IMG/VR virus record: IMGVR_UViG_3300025723_000017
Span: 32,001-96,000 of that record
Origin: a virus
Taxonomy: Duplodnaviria > Caudoviricetes
DNA length: 64,000 bases
Strand: one strand, 5' to 3'
The translations under genes and the position numbers were made by a program. The notes beneath the pieces are model-generated. The model had not been told where the DNA came from. It did not search any database and saw only the letters and a list, made by a program, of their open reading frames with translations. Shown one piece after another: positions 1 to 8,714 of the stretch. The stretch's first letter is position 1. Each line of letters opens with the position of its first letter.

Positions 1-612
1 ACAAGAACCACTAATGATGAGTACTCTACCCCACTTAATATTGAATGCCAAGGGATAGATATACTTGATAAATTACCTGTTGCAATGTCTTACCCTAACA
101 TTACCTATCAAAAAACTGATTTTGAAGGTACAATTTATACATCTAAAGATAAATTCGATGTATTATGGTGTCATGATGCTTTTCAATATGCAGTCAACCC
201 ACTACAAACTTTAATAAATTGGAGAGATATTACTACCGACGGCGCAATGTTAGCACTTGCACTGCCGCAGACTACCAATTATTATCGAAAAGAATTAGAC
301 TTTACATTAAGTAACGGATGTTATTATCATCATACTATTGTAAGTCTTATTCATATGTTAGCTGTTGCTGGATGGGATTGCAAAGCGGGATTTTTTAAAA
401 AAAGTATATCTGATAATTGGTTGCACGCCATTGTATATAAAAGCAATCAAGGTCCATTTGATCCAAAAACAACAACTTGGTATGATTTAGTAGATGCTAA
501 ACTATTACCTGAATGGGCTGACCGTTCAATTTTATCCAGGGGAATATTGCATCAAAAGGATTTAGTTCTTCCGTGGTTAGACAAAGGATTGTATAGAATG
601 GCATCTCAGTAA
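1..612 (+). CDS. 5'-truncated class I SAM-methyltransferase-like protein
   Basis: Frame is open from base 1; 'FDVLWCHDAFQY..NP..L..W...G.ML' resembles a methyltransferase C-terminal half. Confidence 0.45.
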   Translation, partial: TRTTNDEYSTPLNIECQGIDILDKLPVAMSYPNITYQKTDFEGTIYTSKDKFDVLWCHDAFQYAVNPLQTLINWRDITTDGAMLALALPQTTNYYRKELDFTLSNGCYYHHTIVSLIHMLAVAGWDCKAGFFKKSISDNWLHAIVYKSNQGPFDPKTTTWYDLVDAKLLPEWADRSILSRGILHQKDLVLPWLDKGLYRMASQ

Positions 613-620
613 TATTTCTT

Positions 621-642
621 AGCCCTATTAGTAGGGCTTTTT
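621..642 (+). terminator. intrinsic terminator
   Basis: AGCCCTA-TTAG-TAGGGCT hairpin followed by T run. Confidence 0.75.
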
Positions 643-643
643 G

Positions 644-672
644 TTGACATTTAATTCAAATGCAAGTATAAT
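644..672 (+). promoter_or_regulatory. sigma70 promoter
   Basis: TTGACA-17-TATAAT perfect consensus. Confidence 0.85.
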
Positions 673-700
673 TTGAACATATTAAACAAATGGAGTTAGA

Positions 701-877
701 ATGAATACTAATGATATAGTTTATGTCACTTATACTGCCTATGAAAAAGGCAGTCCTAATGTTGTCAGTGAAGGTGTAATCCCATTGCATGGATGTACAA
801 CTTGGCAAGCCGAGCAAACGGTCAAAGCAATGTTTAGCACATTGGATGTTAGCATTCGTTCTTCGTCTAGAGTTTAA
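701..877 (+). CDS. 58-aa hypothetical protein (not in ORF track)
   Basis: GGAG SD, MNTNDIVYVTY...SSSRV*, directly downstream of consensus promoter. Confidence 0.7.
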   Translation: MNTNDIVYVTYTAYEKGSPNVVSEGVIPLHGCTTWQAEQTVKAMFSTLDVSIRSSSRV

Positions 878-950
878 ATTTAATATTTCGATTGATTAAA
901 AAATATTTTGAAATTATAATATTACTTTACAAATAGTTAGGAGCTATAGT

Positions 951-1961
951 ATGTCGAGTGTACTAATCAAAAAAGGTATTTATCGTGGTATGTCTATTGA
1001 AAATCAAACTCTACCTTTAGTTAGAGGATATACTGCTGGAGCAAAAAATAATTATATTACTGTTAACAGTAATGGATTGTTTGGCAATGCGTTTGATATT
1101 GTCCGTGTCAAAGTTGACAGTACAGATGACTTTGTCATCATTCCCACAGAATCAGAATTAATTTCAACTACCTCATCTATTGCAGTTGAATCTGATGATG
1201 AGATTATGGATCGAATTGAACAGAGATTTGAAATCCTACAACAAATGACTCGAGCAATCATTTCAGGTGATGTACGTGCAATGATTGTAACTGGCCCGCC
1301 TGGTGTGGGTAAAAGTTATGGTGTAGAATATGAATTAGAAAAATATGGTTTATTTGAACATATTTCTAGACGAAAAATTAAGTATGAAGTTATCAAAGGT
1401 GCCATGTCTCCCATTGGATTGTATTGTACTTTGTATAAAAATTCTGATCCAAATAATGTATTGGTATTCGATGATTGCGATAGTGTATTCCAGGACGAAT
1501 TGGCGTTGAACATTCTCAAAGCTGCATTAGATTCAGGCAAAAAACGTAGAATTCATTGGAATTCAGATTCATCTATGCTACGTCGAGAAGGTGTGCCAGA
1601 CTGTTTTGATTTTAAAGGTGGTGCTATTTTTATCACTAACTTAAAATTTGATCACTTAAAATCTAAACGTATGCAGGATCACTTGGAAGCATTACAATCA
1701 CGCTGTCACTTTTTGGATTTGACACTGGATACAATGCGTGATAAATTTTTACGCATCAAACAGATTTTTCGCCAAGGGCAATTATTCAATGATTATGAAC
1801 TTACTAAAGAAACTGGTGAAGAGATCTTGGCATTTATGGATGCTAACAAGAATCAGTTACGTGAAATGAGTTTGCGTATGGCTTTGAAATTAGCCGACTT
1901 AACCAAAGTATCTGAAACAAACTGGAAAGCATTAGCAGTTTCAACTTGTATGAAAATTTAG
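951..1961 (+). CDS. AAA+ ATPase
   Basis: Walker A GPPGVGKS, Walker B VLVFDD, sensor ITN, arginine finger ALQSR. Confidence 0.85.
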   Translation: MSSVLIKKGIYRGMSIENQTLPLVRGYTAGAKNNYITVNSNGLFGNAFDIVRVKVDSTDDFVIIPTESELISTTSSIAVESDDEIMDRIEQRFEILQQMTRAIISGDVRAMIVTGPPGVGKSYGVEYELEKYGLFEHISRRKIKYEVIKGAMSPIGLYCTLYKNSDPNNVLVFDDCDSVFQDELALNILKAALDSGKKRRIHWNSDSSMLRREGVPDCFDFKGGAIFITNLKFDHLKSKRMQDHLEALQSRCHFLDLTLDTMRDKFLRIKQIFRQGQLFNDYELTKETGEEILAFMDANKNQLREMSLRMALKLADLTKVSETNWKALAVSTCMKI

Positions 1962-1969
1962 TCATGTTT

Positions 1970-2060
1970 TATAAATATTGCTAAGTATTTGTATAGCTCC
2001 TGCATCGTCCTAACTACGATGCATTTTACCAGGCACCTGTAAAATGGTGCCTGTTTTTTT
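1970..2060 (+). ncRNA. candidate late small RNA ending in an intrinsic terminator
   Basis: TATAAATA at 1970, hairpin 2001-2023, terminator CAGGCACC/GGTGCCTG + T run at 2030-2060. Confidence 0.35.
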
Positions 2061-2094
2061 GACTTTGCAGAGTCAAATATGTTACTATATCTGT

Positions 2095-3555
2095 ATGAAA
2101 ACTGCAACAATAATAATTAAAGATGAAGTAAATATTAAAATTGAAGGACTTGATCTTGACGCACGCAAGAAATTAGTTAGTACATTTAAATATGATGTAC
2201 CAGGTGCTAGGTATCAACCATCAGTTAGATTAGGGCGTTGGGATGGCAAAGTTGCTTATTTTCAACTAGGCGGAAGCACATATACTAACTTGCTACCAGA
2301 AATCGTGCCTATACTAGAAAATTTTAATTATGATTTTTTGATTGATGATCAACGAGAATATCAAACAAATTTCACATTCGAGCGTGTAACTGAAGATACA
2401 TTTGCACATATTAACTGGGCAGATGGTCATCCGATGGCAGGGCAACCAATTAAATTGCGTGACTATCAAGTTGAAATTGTCAACAATTTTTTAGAAAATC
2501 CTCAGGCTATTCAGGAAATTGCCACTGGTGCAGGTAAAACTATTATGACAGCGGCATTAAGCCAACGTTGCGAAGCACACGGCCGTACTGTTGTAATTGT
2601 ACCCAATAAATCACTCGTTACACAAACAGAAAAAGACTATCGAGGCTTGGGATTAGATGTTGGTGTTTACTTTGGTGATAGGAAAGACATAGGAAAAACC
2701 CATACAATATGTACTTGGCAAAGTCTAAATATACTATTAAAAAATACAAAAAATCACGAAGCAGACATAACAATACATGAATTTTTAGAGAATGTAGTAT
2801 GTATAATGGTTGACGAGGTACACATGGCCAAGGCCGATGCTCTTAAGACATTATTAACTGGAGTGATGAGTCGTATCCCAATTCGTTGGGGACTGACTGG
2901 CACAGTACCTAAAGAAGCATTTGAATTTCAAGCACTAAAATGTAGTTTGGGTGCAGTCATTAATCAATTATCTGCTAGTGAATTGCAAGACAGAGGTGTA
3001 TTGGCACAATGTCATGTAAATATAGTACAGCTGGTCGACCACGCAGAATTTGCAAATTATCAAAGCGAATTAAAATTTTTATTAGAAGATAGTAAACGTT
3101 TAGAAACAATATCCAAATTGGTTGCTAATGTAAACCAAACAGGAAATACATTAGTATTAGTGGATCGTGTTGCAGCAGGGCACGCATTAGTAGCTCTGTT
3201 AGGTGATCGTGCTGTATTTGTATCAGGTGCAACAAAAGGAACAAAACGCGATGAAGAATATGCAGAAGTTGCAATCAGTGATGATAAGATTATTGTGGCT
3301 ACCTATGGTGTTGCCGCTGTGGGTATTAATATCCCTAGGATTTTTAATTTGGTTCTTGTTGAACCCGGAAAGAGCTTTGTCCGCGTTATTCAAAGCATTG
3401 GGCGTGGCATAAGAAAAGCTGAAGATAAAGATCATGTACAAATTTGGGATATCACCAGTACTTGTAAGTTTGCTAAAAGACATTTAACTAAGAGAAAAGT
3501 TTTCTATCGCGACGCCAATTATCCGTTTACACAAGAGAAGTTGGAATGGAAATAA
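2095..3555 (+). CDS. uvsW: UvsW-like superfamily 2 helicase
   Basis: LRDYQ, ATGAGKT, DEVH, GLTGT, QSIGRGIR motifs; RLGRWDGK N-terminal region; start moved to MKTA downstream of terminator. Confidence 0.85.
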   Translation: MKTATIIIKDEVNIKIEGLDLDARKKLVSTFKYDVPGARYQPSVRLGRWDGKVAYFQLGGSTYTNLLPEIVPILENFNYDFLIDDQREYQTNFTFERVTEDTFAHINWADGHPMAGQPIKLRDYQVEIVNNFLENPQAIQEIATGAGKTIMTAALSQRCEAHGRTVVIVPNKSLVTQTEKDYRGLGLDVGVYFGDRKDIGKTHTICTWQSLNILLKNTKNHEADITIHEFLENVVCIMVDEVHMAKADALKTLLTGVMSRIPIRWGLTGTVPKEAFEFQALKCSLGAVINQLSASELQDRGVLAQCHVNIVQLVDHAEFANYQSELKFLLEDSKRLETISKLVANVNQTGNTLVLVDRVAAGHALVALLGDRAVFVSGATKGTKRDEEYAEVAISDDKIIVATYGVAAVGINIPRIFNLVLVEPGKSFVRVIQSIGRGIRKAEDKDHVQIWDITSTCKFAKRHLTKRKVFYRDANYPFTQEKLEWK

Positions 3556-3610
3556 AGTGGTTGCTATACGTCGACATATACTTTATAATATCACTACACG
3601 GAGAAATAAA

Positions 3611-4111
3611 ATTAGAATTTTAACACTTGACAATGAACCTTATGACTTAGATCATTTACCTGACGAAATAGATGATATGCGATTTAGTATTTTAGACAAT
3701 TCTAATCCGCAAGACCCTGACTATCACTACATACCATTAATATTTTTGGAAAGTTTTAATAGTCCTGCGTTAGTTTTACAAATAGGCAAATATAAAATTC
3801 GAATGCCAGTTGATTGGCAATTGCTTATTGGTGATCCGGATGCTGGAGACTTAGAAGTTATACCGTTATCAGCTCTTAACGATAGAGGTTTCAAAGCGTT
3901 TCAATTTAATCCCTTGTCTAGTTTTAGACCAAGTTTTTTGGACGTTGAAATTTTAGATGTATATCAGGATGTAGCATGGTACGCTCCAAAACTTAAAAAT
4001 GGACAGTTATTGTGTATTCCATTAGGGGAAGGTAGTAAACCTGAGTGCGTATATTTTGTTAAAGATATTAGTCGCACTTGTGAAATAGTTAATTACAGCA
4101 AGTCCTTTTAA
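3611..4111 (+). CDS. hypothetical protein, probable ATT start
   Basis: Promoter at 3561-3589 lies inside the GTG-started ORF; GGAG SD 7 nt before in-frame ATT. Confidence 0.6.
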   Translation: MRILTLDNEPYDLDHLPDEIDDMRFSILDNSNPQDPDYHYIPLIFLESFNSPALVLQIGKYKIRMPVDWQLLIGDPDAGDLEVIPLSALNDRGFKAFQFNPLSSFRPSFLDVEILDVYQDVAWYAPKLKNGQLLCIPLGEGSKPECVYFVKDISRTCEIVNYSKSF

Positions 4112-4112
4112 T

Positions 4113-4331
4113 ATGGCAAATATTTTCGAACAATATAATCCAGATGAAGAACCCATTAAACCTAATCGCATAGCCGTTAAAGAAAAAATGGTTATTGATT
4201 TAGAAAGCATGGTTAGAAATCTTCAAGCTGCAAATGAAAAAAATGTAAGAATTATTAATAAAATGGAACGCGACATTGTACGTCTCAAAGATCAAATTAG
4301 CCAATTAGCAGGTGCAATTAAACGTGGATAA
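4113..4331 (+). CDS. coiled-coil hypothetical protein
   Basis: Tightly packed ORF with heptad pattern. Confidence 0.7.
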   Translation: MANIFEQYNPDEEPIKPNRIAVKEKMVIDLESMVRNLQAANEKNVRIINKMERDIVRLKDQISQLAGAIKRG

Positions 4332-4764
4332 ACTTAGTATTGCAAATGAAATGGCATGTTTTGATCGTAAAGATCGTAAATTTTACGATAATCTTACTGA
4401 TGAAGAGCGTAAAAAATTTAGCAATTATCTAATGATTCGCTGGGGTAGTAGTGTGCAAGGAAGTTCTGAATTACAAGAATATTATCTAATTGCCACTAAT
4501 GAAAGATTGAATAAACATTTCTTTGACATTAATAAGCATCCTAAGTTACAATGGTTATGTTCTACTACAGTAAGTCCTGATATGGGAACGTATCGACACA
4601 ATTGGATTTCTAATAAGAAAAAGGATATTGCATCTGGTGGCATTACAAAACAATTAATTGAACTATTTCCCAATTTAAAAAATGACGAAATTGAACTAAT
4701 GGCTAAAATTAATACTAAGAAAGACATTGATAATTATTTAAAAGAATTGGGTCGTGACAAGTGA
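4324..4764 (+). CDS. possible clamp-loader small subunit (gp62-like)
   Basis: Size, 'YLMIRW', 'KLQW', 'HNWI..KK' pattern reminiscent of gp62-type proteins; replication context. Confidence 0.4.
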   Translation: MDKLSIANEMACFDRKDRKFYDNLTDEERKKFSNYLMIRWGSSVQGSSELQEYYLIATNERLNKHFFDINKHPKLQWLCSTTVSPDMGTYRHNWISNKKKDIASGGITKQLIELFPNLKNDEIELMAKINTKKDIDNYLKELGRDK

Positions 4765-5435
4765 GTTATATCTGTCAATATTGTAAAAAAAACTTTGTAA
4801 AAGAATCTAGTTTGACTGTGCATTCTTGTGAACCAAGACGCAGGCGACAGGAAAAAGATGAAATAGGAGTACGATTAGGTTTCCATGCATACTTGAAATT
4901 TTATGAATTGACACAAGGATCATCTAAATTAAAGACATATGATAATTTTTGTGAAAGCCCTTACTATAAAGCATTTGTAAAATTTGGTAGATATTGCGCA
5001 AACACTCGTGTTATTAATCCAGCTCGATTCACAGAATGGATATTAAAACAAAACAAAAAATTAGACTATTGGTGCAGTGATAAGTTATACGAAGAATATC
5101 TTTTATTTTATCTCAAAGTTGAAACAATGGAAGATGCACTGACTAGGGCCATTGAACATGCAATAACTTGGGGAGAAGAAAAGGATTCTCCGCCTAACGG
5201 ATATTTGCGCTATGGTAATCATAATGCTATTGCACAAGCTATATTAACGGGCAAAATCAGTCCGTGGGTATTATATAATTGTGAATCTGGACAAAAATTT
5301 TTAGCACAGTTAAATACTGAACATCAATCTATGATATGGCCATATATTGATCCTGATGTATGGAATAAAAAATTGAAAGAAGATCCAGCCAATCGTGCAG
5401 CAGCACAAGAATTACTTAAGAGAGCCGGCTGGTAA
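4761..5435 (+). CDS. N-terminal zinc-finger protein
   Basis: CQYC...H.C motif. Confidence 0.65.
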   Translation: MSYICQYCKKNFVKESSLTVHSCEPRRRRQEKDEIGVRLGFHAYLKFYELTQGSSKLKTYDNFCESPYYKAFVKFGRYCANTRVINPARFTEWILKQNKKLDYWCSDKLYEEYLLFYLKVETMEDALTRAIEHAITWGEEKDSPPNGYLRYGNHNAIAQAILTGKISPWVLYNCESGQKFLAQLNTEHQSMIWPYIDPDVWNKKLKEDPANRAAAQELLKRAGW

Positions 5436-6034
5436 TGAGCGCAGATGTTGATTTAGATTTAGCTGATAGAGAACAAGTTCTAAAACTTATTAGAGCAATT
5501 CCGGCGTGTCAACTTAATCAAGGACAAGTTAGAAGACATAATTCAGGCATTTATGTAACTGACATTCCTTATGATCCATTGAATCAATGTGCAGCAATAG
5601 ACTACGAAACTGCCGAAAAACGCGGATATTTTAAGATAGATTTATTGAATATGTCGGTATATCAACTTATAAAATCTCAACAACACTATGATGAGTTATT
5701 GGGTAAGGAACCTGATTGGCAACGTCTTTGGACTGATGTTCAATGGGCTAAACAAATTGTTCATATAGGTAACTATACTGATTTATTGGCAAAGATGAAG
5801 CCGGATTCCATCACACGTATGGCAGCATTTATAGCTATTATACGTCCAGGTAAAGCACATTTGCAAAATCGACCATGGAAGGAAGTTTTTGATTCAGTAT
5901 GGGATGGTGATGCTAGTCTTGGGTTTGTGTTCAAACATTCGCATTCGATTTCCTATGCGGCACTTGTTGCGCTACATATGAATCTCTTAGACGAAAAAAC
6001 AGTTACTAGTCCGGCATCCGGCGTACAAGAGTAA
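5435..6034 (+). CDS. minimal DnaE/Pol III alpha-like polymerase core
   Basis: DVDLD, RHNSG, GYFKIDLL, IIRPG, FKHSHSISYA in the order of the DnaE motifs. Confidence 0.75.
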   Translation: MSADVDLDLADREQVLKLIRAIPACQLNQGQVRRHNSGIYVTDIPYDPLNQCAAIDYETAEKRGYFKIDLLNMSVYQLIKSQQHYDELLGKEPDWQRLWTDVQWAKQIVHIGNYTDLLAKMKPDSITRMAAFIAIIRPGKAHLQNRPWKEVFDSVWDGDASLGFVFKHSHSISYAALVALHMNLLDEKTVTSPASGVQE

Positions 6035-6410
6035 TGGATTTTCTTTTGGATTTCTTACGGGCTATTTCAGCTAAACTACATGCTGGTCCATGTATTATTT
6101 CTAAATCTTTATTGGCAAACGTTCTAGTATAACCTCTAAATGGTTCCCATTCCTGTTTAAGAAATATGTTAATGGGAATGCTTCTATTGCTTTCCCACCA
6201 CCAAACATTAGCTAATTCTAAAAATAATTTTTTAGCTTCTATATTGACTATGCTGCCAAAATCGTACATGGTGGTGATAGCATCATCGCGGTTCTGAATT
6301 ATCCCTACATATTCTTGGGAAGCATACACACACAGCGTTATAAACGGATATTTTTCGCTTAATTGATTAAAAATTTCTTTATTCATTGAATGGCAGTTAT
6401 CATATAGCAA
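6006..6410 (-). CDS. hypothetical protein
   Basis: ORF with TAAATA-type site at its 5' end on the minus strand. Confidence 0.7.
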   Translation of the reverse strand: MLYDNCHSMNKEIFNQLSEKYPFITLCVYASQEYVGIIQNRDDAITTMYDFGSIVNIEAKKLFLELANVWWWESNRSIPINIFLKQEWEPFRGYTRTFANKDLEIIHGPACSLAEIARKKSKRKSITLVRRMPD

Positions 6411-6456
6411 TATTTATGTTCCAAAAATAAGTTGTAAAATATCACTAAATACTGGT

Positions 6457-7605
6457 ATGTATTCAACCACTGCTTATCTTTATCAGCAACGAACAACCGT
6501 GCTATTGCTCGACAGCAGTGGGCAATATTTCACAATGAGGTACAATCCAGTGTACGCTAAAAAACTAACTTTAAATTTAGGAGTCGATAATGTACTCTTA
6601 TTTTCCTTTGTTAACCAAGATGAAAAACCAGTTAACGTAAACGGCTGCACCTTTACATTTCGTATCACTGATACACAGGGCACAAATTTATTACTACAAG
6701 AACCAATGACCATACTTAATGCAGCTACTGGTCAAGTAAAAGTTTATGTTCCTGCTGCTGATACATTGGAATTAATTGCACAACCTGCTAGTTATTCCAT
6801 TACTGTTCAAAGTGGTAATCTAAATCAAGCAGTATTTACAAATTCTCAAGCTGGTGCCCGTGCTCCTATAGACCTCGTTAATTCAGTATTTCCACAATTT
6901 ATACCTTCAATTCCTTGCACCATACCAACTACTAGTTTAAGTTCGCAAGCACAATTAGATGGCACAGCATACCAAAACTATCCTGGGTGGGCTGGTAATT
7001 GGTATTATGGTGGTAATGGAAGTAATTTTTTCAATAATTATCAAAATACAGAATTCCATTCGAGTTTTATCCAACCTCGTAATTATGTAACTACAATTCA
7101 ATTGGATTTGATCGGATATACAGGTACTATCAAAGCACAATGGGCACAAAATTATGAGAGTATTTGGTACAATGTTACTGAATCCACTACTTATCTGAAC
7201 AAAACTGGCACCATTTATATGAACGTATTAGGGTGGTATCCGTTATTACGTTTATGTTTTAACAACAGTATATTTTCTACACCAAATCCTCCTGGGGTAC
7301 CAGCTTCGGCCTATGCGGTATGTACTGACGGTGTATTGACTGATGTAGTATTACAAAATGGCGGGTCAGGATACTTAGCTCCGCCTAAAGTTGATATTTT
7401 AGGGAACGGGTCAGGTGCGATAGTCACAGCTAACATTGGTGGAAACGGTACAGTTACTGGGTTTAACATTATCAGTGGTGGATCAGGATATTGGCCGATA
7501 CCATCAGGTGGTGTGAATCCATCTGCGTATCCGGTGCCGCCAGCTAGTCAAGGTGCATTTCCGATTATATCAACTGGCTATGCTACAAACATTCTTTACC
7601 GTTAA
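6457..7605 (+). CDS. virion structural protein (BppU-like N-terminus, GGSGY repeats)
   Basis: 'KPVNVNGCTFTF','AATGQVKV' and two 'GGSGY' tail-type repeats; late promoter upstream. Confidence 0.6.
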   Translation: MYSTTAYLYQQRTTVLLLDSSGQYFTMRYNPVYAKKLTLNLGVDNVLLFSFVNQDEKPVNVNGCTFTFRITDTQGTNLLLQEPMTILNAATGQVKVYVPAADTLELIAQPASYSITVQSGNLNQAVFTNSQAGARAPIDLVNSVFPQFIPSIPCTIPTTSLSSQAQLDGTAYQNYPGWAGNWYYGGNGSNFFNNYQNTEFHSSFIQPRNYVTTIQLDLIGYTGTIKAQWAQNYESIWYNVTESTTYLNKTGTIYMNVLGWYPLLRLCFNNSIFSTPNPPGVPASAYAVCTDGVLTDVVLQNGGSGYLAPPKVDILGNGSGAIVTANIGGNGTVTGFNIISGGSGYWPIPSGGVNPSAYPVPPASQGAFPIISTGYATNILYR

Positions 7606-7642
7606 ATTTGAATTAGCATAGAACAATCTGCTAAAATATAGT

Positions 7643-7732
7643 ATGAATTACTATGTATATCTGTATCTGCGTAAAAACGATCTAACACCTTACTATGTTG
7701 GTAAAGGCAAAGGCTCGCGAGCATATGATTGA
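7643..7732 (+). pseudogene. 29-codon remnant of a GIY-YIG homing endonuclease
   Basis: MNYYVYLYLRKNDLTPYYVGKGKGSRAYD*. Confidence 0.75.
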
Positions 7733-8714
7733 TATCTTGTCTTTTTTGCCAGCTAAACGTAAACAAACATCAAGCGGGTGGTGGAGTTTTTGCGCGCCGT
7801 GTTGCATACATAACGGAGATAGTCAGGATCGACGTATGCGTGGCGGACTCAAAGTCAACGCAGATGGATGGAGTTATCATTGTTTTAATTGTAATTTTAC
7901 AGCCAGTTTTGTATTAGGACGCAATCTTTCTATTAAGGCTCGTAAATTATTATCGTGGGTTAATGTTCCGCAAGAAGAAATCGAACGTGTTAATCTAGAA
8001 AGTATGAAGCATCGATCTATGGAAGGATTGATTCACGATCGTAATCAAACAGCTGAGGCATTATTAGGAATTCATTTCAAAGAAAGTGCTTTGCCGCCGA
8101 GTTCGATTCTATTGGATAATCAAGATCATGCTAAGGAGCTAGATTATTTAAAATCTAGACATATTCCAACAGATTATCCTTTTTTAGTTCGAACAGAAAA
8201 TGTCGGGATACACTGGTCACGGCCTCACATTATAATCCCATTTACATATAAGAATATTATAGTAGGACATACTAATAGATTTTTAGATAATAAAACTCCC
8301 AAATACATAAATTCTATACAATCTGGATATGTATTCGGTACTGATTTACAACAGACTGACTGGCAATATGTAATTGTAGTCGAAGGAGTGTTTGACGCAT
8401 TAAGCATCAATGGACTAGCAGTTATGCACAGCACAATTAATGATGCACAAGTCAGGCTAATAAGAAATTTAGGAAAAGAAATAATCGTAGTTCCAGATCA
8501 AGATTTGGCTGGTATGGAATTAGTAGATCGTGCAATAGAATTAGGATGGGCAGTTAGTATTCCTGATTGGCCTGACAATGTTAAAGATGTAAATGATGCA
8601 GTAATAAAAATTGGCAGGATTGCAACACTGCTAACTATATTGCAATCTAGAGAAACTAGTAAAATTAAAATTGAATTGAGGAAAAGACAACTTGTTAAAC
8701 GATTACGGCATTGA
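7725..8714 (+). CDS. DNA primase
   Basis: Zn-binding CxxC...HCFNC, PKY, TOPRIM EGVFD, DQD, KDVND. Confidence 0.9.
   Translation: MIDILSFLPAKRKQTSSGWWSFCAPCCIHNGDSQDRRMRGGLKVNADGWSYHCFNCNFTASFVLGRNLSIKARKLLSWVNVPQEEIERVNLESMKHRSMEGLIHDRNQTAEALLGIHFKESALPPSSILLDNQDHAKELDYLKSRHIPTDYPFLVRTENVGIHWSRPHIIIPFTYKNIIVGHTNRFLDNKTPKYINSIQSGYVFGTDLQQTDWQYVIVVEGVFDALSINGLAVMHSTINDAQVRLIRNLGKEIIVVPDQDLAGMELVDRAIELGWAVSIPDWPDNVKDVNDAVIKIGRIATLLTILQSRETSKIKIELRKRQLVKRLRH

Noticed and set aside
2044-2094. Upstream ATG start for uvsW
   Set aside because: Lies inside the terminator hairpin and upstream of a likely promoter
3611-4111. Degenerate Hint/intein-like fold
   Set aside because: Only a vague beta-strand pattern; no N-terminal Cys, TxxH or terminal HN
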